Positions 1 through 11,866 of a stretch of 64,000 bases of DNA are shown here, in pieces; position 1 is the stretch's first letter, and each line of letters starts with the position of its first letter. The notes beneath the pieces are model-generated. The model made no database searches. It was not told the origin of the DNA and worked only from the letters and a program-made list of their open reading frames with translations. The position numbers were made by a program, and so were the translations under genes. Origin of the DNA: Protoeuglena noctilucae (taxonomy: Eukaryota). The stretch is taken from assembly GCA_958009085.1 (NCBI GenBank), contig OY253669.1, positions 1 to 64,000 on the forward strand. Direction: 5' to 3'.

Positions 1-275
1 CTAACCCTAACCCTAACCCTAACCCTAACCCTAACCCTAACCCTAACCCTAACCCTAACCCTAACCCTAACCCTAACCCTAACCCTAACCCTAACCCTAA
101 CCCTAACCCTAACCCTAACCCTAACCCTAACCCTAACCCTAACCCTAACCCTAACCCTAACCCTAACCCTACCCTAACCCTAAACCTAACCCTAACCCTA
201 ATCCTAACCTAACCCTGACCTAACCCTAAACCTTTCCCGAAACTACCCAACCTAACCTACCCCTAACCCAAACCC
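1..275. repeat. Telomeric repeat array (CCCTAA)n = (TTAGGG)n, degenerating proximally
   Basis: Perfect CCCTAA units from position 1 to ~170, then variant units (CCTAA, CCCTAAA, CCCTGA, CCCAA) to ~275. Confidence 0.98.
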
Positions 276-361
276 TCAGTCGGTCAAGGAAAGACAGTTG
301 AAGGAAAGTCAGTCAGACGACTTCCTGTCAAAAACGCGGCAAAACGCCTAAGTTTGGAAAA

Positions 362-430
362 GGGGTGCAGGCATGACTCGAACCTCAGACCTTAAGGTGG
401 TAAGCCAAGAGGGGGCATTTGGTGAGCAAA
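362..430 (-). pseudogene. Degenerate tRNA-like sequence (3' half with T-arm/B-box)
   Basis: Minus strand reads ...AAGGTCTGAGGTTCGAGTCATGCCTGCACCCC followed by TTTT (Pol III terminator-like). It has a GGTTCGA T-loop, but the T-stem and acceptor stem do not pair well. Confidence 0.4.
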
Positions 431-433
431 GGC

Positions 434-504
434 TGCAGAAGCCGGGAATCGAACCCGGGTCGACACGGCCACAACGTGACGTTCTACCCCTGAACTACTT
501 CTGC
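434..504 (-). tRNA. tRNA-His (GTG)
   Basis: Cloverleaf: acceptor GCAGAAG/CTTCTGC, D-arm GTTC/GAAC, anticodon arm TCACG-TT GTG GC-CGTGT (one T:T mismatch), T-arm CCGGG-TTCGATT-CCCGG, discriminator A. A TATA-like TATATA lies ~25-30 nt upstream. Confidence 0.92.
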
Positions 505-1543
505 ACTGCGATTTTTAGGTAGCAAAGGTATATACATACCGCAAACAGCACAAAAATTCTGAACAAAAAATTTAAGGACTTAGCCATTAAGTACTTCATA
601 ATTCGTCTTCATCTCCCAAGAAATGATCGGCAACGTTCCGGTGCAGCAGGTGAGGGCTCGCCAGTGTATCCCATGGCGCCCTCTGCATGCATCGCTCTGT
701 CATGGCGCAGCTGTGCTGCTTCTGCTGGCGGGGGGCGTAGTAGGCTGCCATGGCAAGGTGCGCCCCACCGGGTCTGCTAGATGGCACTCCTGTGATGGTG
801 TGGGTAGCCTGCCCGCGCATGCGCGGGACGTGGTGAGTACTTCACATTGCGGTATCGCCTGGACGTGCAGGACTTCAAGGTCGCCGGCCCTCCAGGGTTC
901 TAAAGCCCGGGTTCGGCCCCGCGGGACAGCCGGCTGCCCGTCGGCGCTCGTCTCGGGGTGCCCGCAAGGAAACCTCGGGCGGGCGCCGGCGGGCGGGGGC
1001 CTTGCAGAGTCGGGGGCGGTGGCCAAGGGTTTCACGTCATGTTCGGAGTGTTGGTACGGCTTTGGCGCCCCCTTGTGGGACAGAGCGGGGGACCCAGGTC
1101 CCCGAGATCCGGTCCCCCCAGTCCCTTAGGGTTGCCGCTGCCTTCACCGCACGCGTTCAGGTGGCCTAACGACGCTCCCTCCCCCGGGACGCTCTGCAAA
1201 GCCCCCACTCACTCTGGGAGTGTGGTTCCCAAGGGGCCAGTGGGGGGGTTCGCCCCACTGTGCCCGGCGCTCTTGGCTGGTTATGATGACCCCGAAGCCG
1301 TGCTCAGTGTTCACGAAGGGTGTGCGCACCCTCGTGCCGCGGTTGACCCACGCTCTGACCCTGCCGGTGTCAGATGTGTTCGGGCTGAACCATTACGCCT
1401 CGAGTCTTTGGGGGGGCAGCCGAAATTTTTTATGGTGCAGCCACATGTGGTGTGGCACCACATGATCTTCGCCCCAGCTCCCTCCCGAGCCCCCGAGGCC
1501 CGACCCCAGCCCGCGCTCCAGCGTTCACAACAATATCCGAGCC

Positions 1544-1816
1544 TCCCACACGCAGCCTGGCTCCCCTGGCTCCCGCAGCTGATCCCTGCCGGGGGCCCAA
1601 ACGCCCGCCCAGCCACCGACAGCCGCCCCACGCTCAGGTTTGCCTGCACCACCGAGTCACCCACGTTTGTCCGGCTCCGCAGCACTGACCCACCGCCCAC
1701 CCGTCCCACACGCAGCCTGGCTCCCCTGGCTCCCGCAGCTGATCCCTGCCGGGGGCCCAAACGCCCGCCCAGCCACCGACAGCCGCCCCGCGCTCGGCTT
1801 TGCCTGCACCACCGAG
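1544..1816. repeat. Subtelomeric direct repeat, 2 x 113 bp at 160 bp spacing
   Basis: 1544-1656 and 1704-1816 differ at 3 positions. Confidence 0.95.
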
Positions 1817-1876
1817 GCAGCCGTGTCCATTTTCATCTGGCTCTGCCACGTGCTTATGGCATTATATCCAATGGCA

Positions 1877-4818
1877 TTATACCCTCGCCAAAAGGGATCC
1901 CTTGATGTCTGGCCCCTCCATCGCATCTCTCGCCCTCTTCCTTGCCGCCCTCGCTGCCTCCTCCTCCGCCACGTCCGCCCCCTCTTCCTCCTCCTGCGCC
2001 CTCTCCTGGGCGGCCCCGTCTTGGTCGCTGTCGACCCCGTCATGCCCATCGTCCGTGTAGCCCTTGTTGAGCAAGGCCTTGATGGATCCGAGGAGCTGTA
2101 CCATGGAAGACATGCTGCGGCCGACAAACAGGCCCTCGCTCTCGTAAAGTTTCTGCATCGCAGGAACACACAGAGGCATTGGGCCGGGGTGCTGGGGTTG
2201 CAAAGCACGAGGACGCCCCATTGCCGTCGACAGCGTCAGCTCTTACCAACACGTCCCTCGGGAACACGGTGCTGAGCGGGAATCGCAGAACGGTGTCGAC
2301 GGCTGCGTCCCTCTCGGCATCCGAGAAAGGCGCATTGCGGGAAGGAGAGTGAAAGCGCTTGTGAGCCAACACACGCATCTGCGCGAAGGCCGCCCACTGC
2401 GCCACGGGGCGTGTCTGGACATCCGGGTCCGAGTCGCACTTGCTCTGCGAAGTGCGCAAGGGACACCGGCCGTAGGCGTCGGGCAGTCTGCTTGGCAGCA
2501 GCCATCTCCGCATGCAAGAACGGCTCTCGCCTTCACAATCTCCCAGAACTTGTCGCCCAAGGGCGGAACACCGTCCTCCTTGATCGACGCGAACGATGCG
2601 TTGAGCTCGGGGCCGTACTTGACGTCGGCGATGATCTGCTCCGCTTTGCTCTCCTCCTTGACGGACACCTCCGGGAGCTCGTGCCTCCTCGCGGCGTCCA
2701 GGAAGCGCTTATCCTTGAGGCGGGCCTTTGCGGCTGCGTAGCTTACGCCGCTACCGTCCTTGCCGAAGAGCGACATCCCCAGGTCCGTGCCCTGCGCGCC
2801 GTGTATGGCGTGCGGGGATTTGCATTACGTGATGCAAACTTTCGAGGGACGCGGACATCAGGAAATAAGATACTACATGGAGATGACCACAGAAAATGCT
2901 GCTTCTCACCATCATGTCACCGAAGGTGATGGCGTGTTTGTTCTGGCTGTCGGAAGGCAGCGCCTTCCTGTACCCGGCCGCCTGCTGCAGGAGAATGAGC
3001 TGCTCGTGGCGGGTCATCCAGTCGCCGGACGCAATGTTCATCTCGGCCTCCCAGTTCCCGCCTGCAAAGTGACATGAAGTGGCACCAGGTGGCTCGCGTG
3101 CTGTCCACTCTCTGGCGCGCGAACGAGGCGCGATTATCTAGCGAGAGCTTGCAACTTACGTCCAGTATACGTGTGCTTCCTCCAGCTCGTTGTTGCCAGG
3201 TTGAGGTCATGCGCTCTTTTGTGCTCGCAGCACATGAGCTTGCCGCCCCGGACCACCCAGGAGGTGCGTAACCCCAACAGGACGCGGTCGCAGTCGGGGT
3301 GCTCGCAGTCAATGACCCTTGCAGGCGGGAAGGCGAGCTCCACGCCGGGCTGGAATCCCGTCATCTCCCGCAGCCACCGCACGCTCTCCATGTCCTCCCG
3401 GGCGAGAAGCGCCTGCGATCCATCAACGCCAGCTATATGATGAGGTTGAGAAGGCAATGTCACATCACCTCCGCATGCTGGTGCCTAGCATATGTTGCTG
3501 CGGACTCGCATCAAATTGCCGCGACGCTTGCATGGGATGCTGAAACAGCGAGCGTGCCTCCACACCGCTGGGTCGCCACGTACCTGGACGACCTCAGTCC
3601 TCCTCTGCGACTGCCGGTCCTTGGCCACGTACTTGTCGCCGAAGATCAAGCTCATGACTTCCCTCGTCGCCGACGCGCCGGACGCCCACGCCAATTCAAG
3701 CACCTGTCTGGCGCTGAAGCTCTCCATGGCTGTCTCGATCTCCGACGCGGCGTCGATGATGATGTCCGTGACGAAGAGGCCGCCCTGAATAAGGGGAGAC
3801 GGGGGCCAGGGAAGGTCGATGAGCGTGCGCAGCAGCCCCTTACTATCGTTGCCTACGGAGCCCACCATGGCATCCCGGTGCGTCTCACCCTCTTTCTCGG
3901 CACGATGTAGTACTCGGAGCGCCCGCCGACGGGCATGTAGGAACGCAGGTCGACGTCGACCATGGAGGGGACGTTCATGATGCAGTGTACGACTTGTTCC
4001 GTCGCGAAGGAGTGGACGCGGTCGTTCCAAGACCCTCTATGAAAGGAAAGGAATGTCAAGCTATGGCAGGCATCGACATGCAGCGGTCCAAATTGCCGAG
4101 AGAACCGCATCTTGGCAGCGCCGCCCCGAACGGTCGCATGCGTCAGCACGGACGCAGGGCGGTGGCGCAGCGCCGCGCGATGGCATCTAACAATGGCTTG
4201 CTCAGTCTCTGCGCCACTCACGCGAGCTCCAATTTCGGGATTGGCTCCCACGGGAAATCCTGCCCCTCCAGCCGCTGCGCCAAGTGCTCGCCGTATGCCG
4301 CGTCGCCGATCACCGCCCCGCCCTCGACGTCAAAGAGCTTGGCGAACGGCATCATCCTCTGGTGGATGCCCGGCAACGTCCGCGACCCCGGCACCACCTG
4401 CCCCTCTCCAACCCCAACCTTCACCACCAGCTGCTCGCCCAGCCGAAAGTTGGGCATCGCAATGCCCTGCGACCCCCTCTGCAGGTCGTCGGGCGAGCCC
4501 CAGACGACATAGATCGAGCTGGGGAGCAATGCTTTGTCGCTAAATGACACGTCCTCGAAGGTGCCTCCGAAAAAATTGTGCAAACTGTAGGTCCACGTGG
4601 ACCGGTTGACTCCGCCACCACCGGCGTGGAGGGGGTGCAGGTGCGCAGCGGCAGTCGCCTGGCTGCCCGTAAGGCCGCACGAGTCGGCGTGGGGCTCCCA
4701 CCAGGGGACGATACCGACAGGGTGTGTCACCATGATTGCCACATGGGCGCATGGAAGCACGCTGACCACCTGTGGGGCCAGAGAAATGCTCAGGCTCCGC
4801 CGCCGGCGAGTCAGACAT
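1877..4818 (-). CDS. Subtelomeric multi-exon protein, copy B: T5orf172/GIY-YIG-like domain + CxHxxC..CCxHK zinc finger + helical/acidic C-terminus
   Basis: Exons splice in frame: SIYVVWG..VVKVGVG; ATEQVVH..GGRSEYYIV; CEHPDC..WVVRGG..CCEHK; acidic tail ending at the stop at 1877. Exon-by-exon homologous to copy A. The start codon is uncertain. Confidence 0.65.
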
Positions 4819-4824
4819 CTGACG

Positions 4825-7317
4825 TCAGGCCCTGACGCCAGGAGAGTTGGTTATTCCCTTCTGTATTAATCGCGGTAACATGAGCTCGTTAATCGCGTGT
4901 TGCTGCAGCCTACATGTGGCGTCGCGCGCCTGGCTCTGCGAGCCACGCCCCGCTGCCACATGATGGTAGCCCTCAGCGCGGCTGGCAGCGCGGGCAGCCC
5001 AGTCGCCGCAGTCCATCGGCATCGGTGGCATCGGTCGCCGCAGTCCATCCCTCCCCGATGCTCACCTTGATCACCCGGGGTTGGCACTGGCAGCCGGGCT
5101 TGCTGACGAGGTAGAAGAGAAGCCAGTCTGTCTCCAGAGAACTGTAGAATCTGCAGGGTGCGGGCTGGAGACGCTCTTGCACGTTCTTCTCCACCTCGAC
5201 GCACGCGAGCACTTGGCCGGGCGTCCTCTCCAGCAGCACTCCCCGTTCCCTCATGGCCGCCTGCACAGGTACAAGGGTCGCACAATTGCTGGCAGTCGGA
5301 TGCCGAGGGAAGCTACGCTCTGGTTTGGTTGCTGCATGGCGAGGCAGAAGCTCACCTTGACCAGCGGCACGAGCCTCTCGTCCCCGAGCACGACATCATG
5401 GGCCCTGAGCACGTCCCCGACCAGCACCCGGGCCAACTTGACCTCCTTGCGCGTGAATGGGTTGCCGAACTCCTCATAGAACTCGTGGAAGGCCGGGAGG
5501 GAGAGCTGAGACAGAGCTGCACCCATAGTCACGTCCTCCGCCCCCCAGGATGCGGTCTCCCAACGTCGTTTCCTGAGAGAACAGCGGCGATATGGCAGAT
5601 TCTCGCCGCTCACACCACGGGTGAATTCGCGTGCTGCCCCGGAAGCACCGCGCGCACGCGTTGCGCAACGCACCAGCTGGTCGACGCGCGTCACGTCGGG
5701 GATGTGCGCCGTCGCCTCCTTGATCTCCACGAGGGTGGGCCACTCGCGCTCCCTCCAAAAGCGGGCTGCAGGCGCACCGTGGCGGGACTCAGCTGCTGTC
5801 GCTGCCAGGAGCGCTGTCGAATCTGCGCCGCAGCCATGACTAAACATGCGCAACTCACGTGAAACGGGGGTCCTCCGCGTCCTGGCGCAGGCGGCGACCT
5901 TGAGCTCCTCGGCCGACTTGTGGTCGCAGCACTCGAGCCTGGTGACGACCTCACCGTCCTCGTCCACTCCCCCCTCCACAACCACCCATTCCACCTTGCT
6001 GCCCAACACCTGCTGCGCACACCCAGAGTGGCTGCACTTGTAGACGATGCGCTTGGCCACGAACCGTTTCTCGAGCTCAGCGACGTGGATGAGACACAGG
6101 AAGGCCTCCACCTCGGGCACTGCCCTGACGTGACCCTGCAACGGGTTGAGGACGATGGCGGTGGTCCCTGGAACCCAAGGTCAGCGCGCGAGAGCGGCTG
6201 GAGCGGAGCGGTGCTGCGCTGCCTGTCGCGGTCTCACCATCAGGAACGCCTCCGAATCCCGATGGACGAAGGGCTCGAACGTGTCGAACTTGCGGGGCAC
6301 CCCGGCGGCGATCGCCACCTCCACCCGCATGCTCACGTTCTTGGCGTTAAGGTACGTCAGGAAGGCTTCCATGGCGCGGACGAGGGCCCGGAACTGCAGG
6401 TAGACAGGCGGGGCGGTCGCGGTGGGAAGCGCACCCCGCCAGGCCATTGGGCGGCGCACAGCGCTACAGGAGCCCACCTGCTCTGGCGTCAGGATCCGGA
6501 ACTCGGTCCGGCCGTTGAACGGCAGGTACTGCTCGAGCTCGGGCCACCGGAATTGCGCCGCGTCCAGGAGCCGGTGGAATACCGCCTCCACCACCCACAC
6601 GAGGGCACGAGGGCGGTGGATCCTGCGACAGGTGTGGGGTCAGCACGCTCAGGACTGCATGGCCAGGCGGCAGGAGCGCAGCGAGAGCGCAGGGAGCCCA
6701 GGGAGCGGCAAGCGCAGCAGCTAGGGGTTGCTGGTCACGTCGCGAGCGCCGAAGGGACGAAAAGCGCTGAGATTGGCCGTGTTGCCTAGCTGATGATGAG
6801 AACAACGAGCAGGAGTGACTCACATCTTCGCATCGATGCCCGCCTGGATGGGGCCGAGGCCACCAGTGCTGAGGCTGGCGACGAACTCGGCCCGGTAGCC
6901 GGGAAGGTCGACCACCGCCATGTCGTGGATAGAGAACCACAAACCACACTGATAGCACCGGGTGGACCATCCGCGGTATCGTGACGAGACGTAGGGGACG
7001 AAGGAGGAGCCGATGCCGATCTTTGCGACGCGCAGCGACCCGTCCTCGTGACCATCGGGGAGTTTAATCCCCGTGGCGAAGTCCGGCGCGCATAGCACGC
7101 AATAGACGAAGGCGCTGGTGTCCCCCCAGTCCGAGAGGAAGACCTCGCGGCCCTCCGGGCAGAAGAGGTTCAGCAGGCTGTCCCTGAAGAAGTAGGACTT
7201 GATTTCCCCGCGCCCCAGATGGTTAGCCTGCCGCGTCCAATGCCACGAAGTGCGAGAGGCGAAGGACACAGGCGTGGACTGGATCTCAGGCAGCCAATGG
7301 CTGTTTACGGTCGGCAT
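4825..7317 (-). CDS. Subtelomeric multi-exon protein, copy A: T5orf172/GIY-YIG-like domain + zinc finger (apparent 1-nt frameshift at 5541-5546)
   Basis: AFVYCVL..VAKIGIG; VVEAVFHRLL..NGRTEFRIL; CSHSGC..WVVVEGG..CCDHK. GT-AG introns. First and last exons are uncertain, and A could be fused with copy B. Confidence 0.62.
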
Positions 7318-7881
7318 GGTGCCGTGCTTCGCGCCCGTGGATGGTAGTCCCGCTGCCGTGGCCGCAGTGTTGGACTACTTCGGCGCGAGACACCGGAACC
7401 ATGACTCAGCAGCGCCCCACCGGGCGTAGGGCAGGATTTGGCGTTCCGAGCCCGGTGCGCAAGTTCACCGGGTGAGAAGACTGTAGCGGACACGGTGGAA
7501 CGGTCGAAGGATGACTCTAGCGACGGCGACGTGTGCACATGTCGCTGCATTCGTGTGCGCGCCCAACCGCGACGCGCTGATCAAGTTGGGACAGCTCGGG
7601 GTTATCTTAACAGTTTGAGTGTCTTAAAAGCAGTCCCCGCGTTCATTGTGAACTAGTTCCAGGTCGGTGCCGCCTTCTTCCATCGCTCGCGGCTGCGGTG
7701 CTACGCTGCGGGGCGCGCAGGGACCACTTAGGTCGGCCTATGACCGCGATGGTAGTTTAAAAAACGTTTAAATGTTGCTACCCACCAACGACTTGGAAAG
7801 GATTGGCCGAGTGGCGCCATCTGACGTGAGTGGCTGCTGCGACGTCTACCGCGTGTGTGAGATACACACGCATCCATATAA

Positions 7882-9685
7882 CTAGATGTCCTTGCATCGG
7901 AACCGCGGCCTGTCGCACCCCCCTCCCCCCTCCTCCCTGGCCTTGAACACCCACGCGTGGATGGCGTCCACCGTCATGTGCGCCGCGCGCATGGCGCGGG
8001 CGTGGGCCTCGCACGCCGGGCCGTCGAAGGGCCGGGCCTTCTGCATCGTGACCAGTCGCCGGTTGTACCGCGCCTGCAGCACCTGCTCCGACACGGCGCG
8101 CAGGGCCAGGCACGGGTGGCGGGCCAGCAGCGCCAGCTCCTCCCCCTCGCCCTGCTCGAACCACGGCATGAAGAAGACCAGGCGGCCGCCCACGCGCAGG
8201 AGCGCCGACGCCTTCAGCAGCAGGTCCGCCAGGCACTCGCTCAGGCGGTAGCGGGCGGTGCTGGGGATGTGCGCGCCCCTCCGCTCGTCGGGGATCACGA
8301 CGGCCTTGGCGTGGCTCTTGCGGCCGCCCTCGCGCACTCCGTAGGGGGGGTCGCACACCACGGCGTCCAGCAACTCGACCGCGTCCCCGCGCAGGCTCCA
8401 CCTGCTGAAGTCGTCTGCGGGGGGTGGGCGGTCGGGGCCGTCAGCGGCTGTCTGGGCCCCCCCAGCGCGCTGGTTGACCCCCCCTTCTCACCGCAGAAGA
8501 GTCCCACGGGCGCAGCGAGGCCGTACTGCTGGAAGTTGGACCAGATGTCCCGGTGCTGCCCACCCCGATCGGCGCCGTCGCGTATGACGCGCACGTCCAT
8601 GTCCATGCCGATCACGTGGGCGCCAAAGTACACCAGGGACACGAGGATGCTGCCCGTGCCGGCGAAGGGGTCCATCACCAGCTGCGACGCCCGCACCTGG
8701 CCCATGTTGGCCATCACGAACGCCATCTGCGGGAGCCACCAGGCAAGCGGCCGTCGCGGTGTGGGCCCCATCGCTGAGCCCTCCACGCCGCGCTGTGTCC
8801 CGCTCGCCGCACCTCGGGGTCCATGGACGTGGTGCCGATGTAGCCGCGCTGGGGCAGCGCGAAGCCCTGCCAGAAGCACTTGTCGGCGATGGCGACCTGC
8901 CGGCCGAAGAACCACCGCGTGGGGATGGTCTCCGGGAGGCCCATGTTGTCCCCCCGCTCGCACTTGGTGATCCACATGACGTGCTGGGCGTCCCGCAGGT
9001 CCACGCGCCCCCGCCACTGCTCCCCCAGCCACCGCAGCGACAACATGAGCGGCGGGTGCTCGGTCGCGGGAAGGGGCGCCCCGAAGTGCTCCACGCGGAA
9101 CTGCAACGGGCGGGGGTAGGTTATGGCACCAGTCGACACATGCGTGGTACTCACTGCCCCGTGCACTCCCCCCCTACGCCCACTCCCCTCGCCTTGAATG
9201 TCTCGTCTTTGCCCATCAGCCCCGTCGTCCACGCCGGTCCCGCGTCCCTCCGCAGCGACTCCACGACGTCCTCCCACGTCGGCCCTTCCGCCCACAGCTC
9301 CAGCACGGCGCGCACCAGCACCGACCGCGCGCACACGCCCCGCATCACCGCCTCGTCTGGGGAGTGCAGCAGCCAGAATGGAGAGAAGGGCTCACCCCCC
9401 GCGGGGCCCTCCAGGATTACCACCCGGGAAGGGTCAGCCCCGTCGGGCACCTCCCGCAGCACGTCCACCTCCGGCACTGCCCTGGGGAAAGCACGATGCG
9501 GGAAGGGCGACGTCGGCGGAGGCGCGGCGAGGCGACCGCTGCGTGGGGCACCCGGGCGCGGCCACTCACCGCACGTCCACCCCCGAGGGGCGCACGAAGG
9601 TGTACCCCTGCATCTCCACCAGGGCCTGCAGCTCCGCCACGCGGAACTCCACCATGCGGTAGCGGAAGACCACGAGGCACCGCAT
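7882..9685 (-). CDS. TRM11: tRNA (guanine(10)-N2)-methyltransferase
   Basis: Motifs YIGTTSMDPE, MAFVMANMGQV..LVMDPFAGTGSIL, NFQQYGL, DAVVCDPPYGVREG; multi-exon. Confidence 0.93.
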
Positions 9686-10390
9686 CGCGTCCCACAGACG
9701 ACAGGCCCCCTGTCGGGCGGGCGCAGCGGCGCGGTCCCGTCAAAGGCGACGGCGGCAGCGAACGGCCTGGTCCAACCCAACCTAGTGCCGCCGCAGGGGC
9801 AACGGCGCCGTGTTCACGGATCGTCGCATAAGCGATGGCGGCAAAGGGCGGGTAGAAACAGGACAGCCTCGCCCTGCCGGCGGGCAGCTTCGCGCGGCGC
9901 AGACAAACAGGCCGCTCTGCGGAGCTAGCTGCGACAGGTGTGCGGGGCTGCGCGGCCGGTGACTCGAATATACCTACACAGCATGTTGCAACCGCAGGGC
10001 AGGGCCACCGTGCTCAACGCGACTTCAGAATTGTTCTGCCCTACGCCAGTTGCGCTGGCGAGAGCCAATGGGTGGCACGAATGCACCTCCGCATGGCATT
10101 CCTGCGACTCGAGAGCGTGAAACAGCAGCTGCGATATCCTGGAGTCCCAGAACCTCGAGCCATCGAGTGGGAAACGGTGATTACGTCACGGTTGGGAAAA
10201 AAAAGCACCGCGCCGTGTCGTTTGTCCCGTGGTCTCGTGCCGCGCTCTGCATCGGCCTGTACGTCGTTTGTCGAATGCGTTTGATGTATGGCGTTTGGAA
10301 CGACGGGCCTTCTCGGGGCGCTCGCAGCAGAGGCTCTTTGCTAAGGGCCTTACGAAGGGTCTCTTGCCTCGCAGGAGACCACAGGAGACC

Positions 10391-11736
10391 ATGCAAGTCC
10401 GTCCCGTGACGAAGGTGGTGAAGGGGATGAAGGTGTCCGAGGGGGCGGGCGTGACGGTGTGCCGGACGCTGGGCACGCCGATGCTCCGCAACCTCGACCC
10501 CTTCCTCATGCTGGACGAGCTGCGGTGCCCGTCGGACCAGGCCGCCGCGGGGTTCCCAGGTACCACTCGCAGACGCAAGCAGATCTCGCGGTCAGGGGAC
10601 CGCGGCGCTTGGGCTTCGGAGCTGGCTCCTTCCGTCGCCTCCCCGCAGACCACCCCCACCGTGGCTTCGAGACGTGCAGCATCATGATCCGCGGCGCCAT
10701 CGAGCATCGCGACTCGTGCGGCAACCACGGCGTCATCCGCGACGGGGGCGTGCAGTGGATGACGGCCGGGCGTGGCATCGTGCACTCGGGTGAGGTGGAC
10801 GAGGGAGCGGGCCACGTTGCTGGGGTGGGCTGCGTGGTTACAGCGTAGCCGCATTATCATTACTCTTGATTGTTCCCCCTACCCCTTCCTTGTCTCAGAG
10901 ATGCCCAAGGTCACCAAGGGCGACCTGTGGGGCTTCCAGCTGTGGATCAACCTGCCCAAGAAGGACAAGATGTGCAAGCCCAGGTACCAGGACTACCAGG
11001 AGTCGGACATCCCGGTGCATGAGGACGCGGAGATGCGCGTTCGCGTCATGGCGGGGGAGGCGTTTGGCAAGGTGAGCGATGGACATGGCGGATGTGCACC
11101 TGGGGTGGATGGCACTCGGCACTCTGCGCATGCATGGCACTCCACGCATGCGATGCATGTGTACCCACGCACACTCAGCACCCTGCAAGCATGCAGAAGG
11201 GCCCCATCGCCATGCGCAACCCCGGCATGCTGCTGGACGCGACGGTCAAGGCGGGCGGCACCCTGTCGCTGGACATCCCCGAGGAATTCAACGCCTTCTG
11301 CTACGTCAGCGACGGTTCAGGCACCATCAACAAGAAGGGGGGTGAGCGGGGGCAGGGGGGGGGGCACCGGGGGAAGCACGCTTGACACGGCCGCAAGCAC
11401 AAGCGCGCGTGGCTGCCCTGGCCGCAGTGGACAAGGAGCACACGGTGGTGCTGGGGATGGAGGGGACGCGGCTGGAGGCCAAGGCCAGGGTGAGTGGGCG
11501 GGGACAGCAGCGGCGGTGACACCCGGGCACGCGCTGCTTCATGCCTGCCCCATCGCTGTGCCCCGCAGTCGGACGGCAGCCTGCGCTTCCTGCTGGCGGC
11601 CGGCAAGCCCATCGGCGAGCCCATCGTGCAGTACGGCCCCTTCGTGATGAACACCCAGGAGGAGATCCAGCAGGCCTTCCGGGACTACCAGACGGGGCGG
11701 CTGCAGAACCCCGACGACAACCCATGGGAGGCGTGA
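10391..11736 (+). CDS. Pirin-family cupin protein
   Basis: [75 protein letters not shown]. Confidence 0.95.
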
Positions 11737-11866
11737 GGGCGGTGGTGGTGGTCGGGCGAGCACGGTCGGTGGTGGTGGTCGAGAAGGGGGGGTCGCGGAG
11801 GCCTTGAGGGCGCTTGCCTACCCCATGACTGTCACGTCACGTCACATCACGTCACGTTCTGTCACG

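Noticed and set aside
596..1540. Overlapping ORFs of 60-315 aa next to the telomere
   Set aside because: No recognisable motifs or coding-like composition. Long ORFs arise by chance at this GC content, and part of the 958..1905 ORF simply translates the direct repeat.
5060..5130. FYLVSK..VIKVSIG as a third GIY-YIG motif
   Set aside because: VSIG lies past a GTGAG donor, and the exon aligns instead with a C-terminal helical exon of copy B.
1877..7600. Subtelomeric block as a Penelope-like, Helitron or LINE element
   Set aside because: No reverse transcriptase, Rep/helicase or transposase motifs, terminal repeats or target-site duplications were found; only the nuclease-like domain is visible.
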